Below are positions 33,424 to 33,974 of a DNA stretch of 33,974 bases, piece by piece. Under the pieces are notes generated by a model. That model ran no database searches and was not told where the DNA came from. It worked only from the letters and a program-made list of their open reading frames with translations. The position numbers and the translations under genes were made by a program. Each line of letters begins with the position of its first letter. Position 1 is the first letter of the stretch. Source of the DNA: Paracoccaceae bacterium (GTDB lineage Bacteria; Pseudomonadota; Alphaproteobacteria; Rhodobacterales; Rhodobacteraceae); contig DNSZ01000105.1 in the NCBI GenBank assembly GCA_003500165.1, forward strand, positions 693-34,666. The letters are read 5' to 3'.

Positions 33424-33974
33424 TCAGCCGCGAAAGTCATAGCGCAGCAAATCGGCCCCCCGCGCCTTCAGCCATTGCCGCGCCGCCGCATGGTCCGGGA
33501 ACAGCGCCCCGACGGTGGCCCAGAAGGCCGGCGAATGATCCATATGCACCAGATGCGCGGCCTCATGCGCTGCGACGTAGTCAAGCACCAGGGGCGGCGC
33601 CATGACCAGCCGCCAGGACAGCATCAGACGCCCGTCGGCGGTGCACGAGCCCCAGCGCGACCGCGTGTCGGCCAGCCGCACCGGGGGCGCGGGCCGGCCC
33701 AGCCGCGCGGCATGGCGGGCGGTCGCCCGTGCCGCATCGGCGCGCGCCTCGTGGATCAGGAACGCCCGCAGGCGCGCGGCGACGCGGTCGGCCGGACCGC
33801 CCACCGCCAGCCGGCCGCCGGTCACCCGCACCCCGCGGCCGGCATCGGCCGCGATGCGCAGCGGCACGTCGCGCAGCGGCAGAACGGCGCCCGGAACCAC
33901 CGGCGCGCGCGCCGGCAGCTCGGCCCGAACCCGGCGCAGCCATCCTGCCCGGTCGGCCAGAAAACGCCTTGCCT
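33424..33974 (-). CDS. M48-family/YgjP-like (DUF45) metal-dependent hydrolase; the N-terminus lies outside the window
   Basis: It has RSRWGSCTADGRLMLSWRL and the HExxH motif (AAHEAAHLVHMDHS). The frame stays open through 33972 with no stop before the window edge, so the GTG at 33900 used by the track is probably not the true start. Confidence 0.85.
   Translation of the reverse strand, partial: ARRFLADRAGWLRRVRAELPARAPVVPGAVLPLRDVPLRIAADAGRGVRVTGGRLAVGGPADRVAARLRAFLIHEARADAARATARHAARLGRPAPPVRLADTRSRWGSCTADGRLMLSWRLVMAPPLVLDYVAAHEAAHLVHMDHSPAFWATVGALFPDHAAARQWLKARGADLLRYDFRG

Noticed and set aside
1-33974. Scan for CRISPR arrays, rRNA, integrase/att sites, and recognisable defence or toxin-antitoxin operons
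   Set aside because: I found no regularly spaced direct repeats, no rRNA-like sequence and no tyrosine or serine recombinase. I also found no restriction-modification, Cas, retron or similar gene signatures. The HNH protein is a solitary gene of a type I recall being widespread in alphaproteobacteria, and it has no partner genes here.

Overview
This is a very GC-rich, gene-dense chromosomal segment that looks like a Rhodobacteraceae-type alphaproteobacterium (Rhodobacter/Cereibacter/Paracoccus-like gene content). That attribution is inference only.

Nearly all of it is core metabolism and housekeeping:
- arsR-arsM
- an N-terminally extended acyl-CoA dehydrogenase next to methylmalonyl-CoA mutase
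- tRNA-Leu(GAG), lipB, a stand-alone ctaD with a DUF2244 partner, metZ
- rpmG, which is missing from the ORF track because it is only 55 aa
- sufT, an AlkA-like glycosylase, an esterase and an HNH endonuclease
- a complete PHA locus (phaZ <> phaC - DUF2141 - phaP - tailed phasin - phaR - LysR)
- a porin and a TraR/DksA gene with a small acidic partner
- a BigR/SqrR-type persulfide module (regulator <> persulfide dioxygenase - YeeE - YedE)
- rpsA and a partial M48/YgjP peptidase

Many long ORFs in the track are antisense shadow ORFs typical of high-GC DNA, and I rejected them. I see no CRISPR array, rRNA, prophage or recognisable defence operon.

The only clearly accessory stretch is about 18.27-19.72 kb. 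There, two decayed IS5-family remnants with their termini facing inward bracket about 0.8 kb of AT-richer DNA. That DNA carries a truncated GNAT gene, an orphan multi-TM protein and a translationally coupled small ORF whose stop codon is supplied by the IS end.

Other points worth follow-up:
- near-identical TGCTGC-N3-GCAGCA palindromes in both phasin promoters, with a related site upstream of phaR
- a phasin fused to an Ala/Lys/Pro-rich histone-like tail
- a signal-peptide DUF2141 gene embedded in the pha cluster
- a P-loop/sulfotransferase-like orphan overlapping the mutase start
- a repeated hairpin element at two convergent gene ends

I cannot point to a clear-cut novel multi-gene system. 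The candidates are ranked honestly below.
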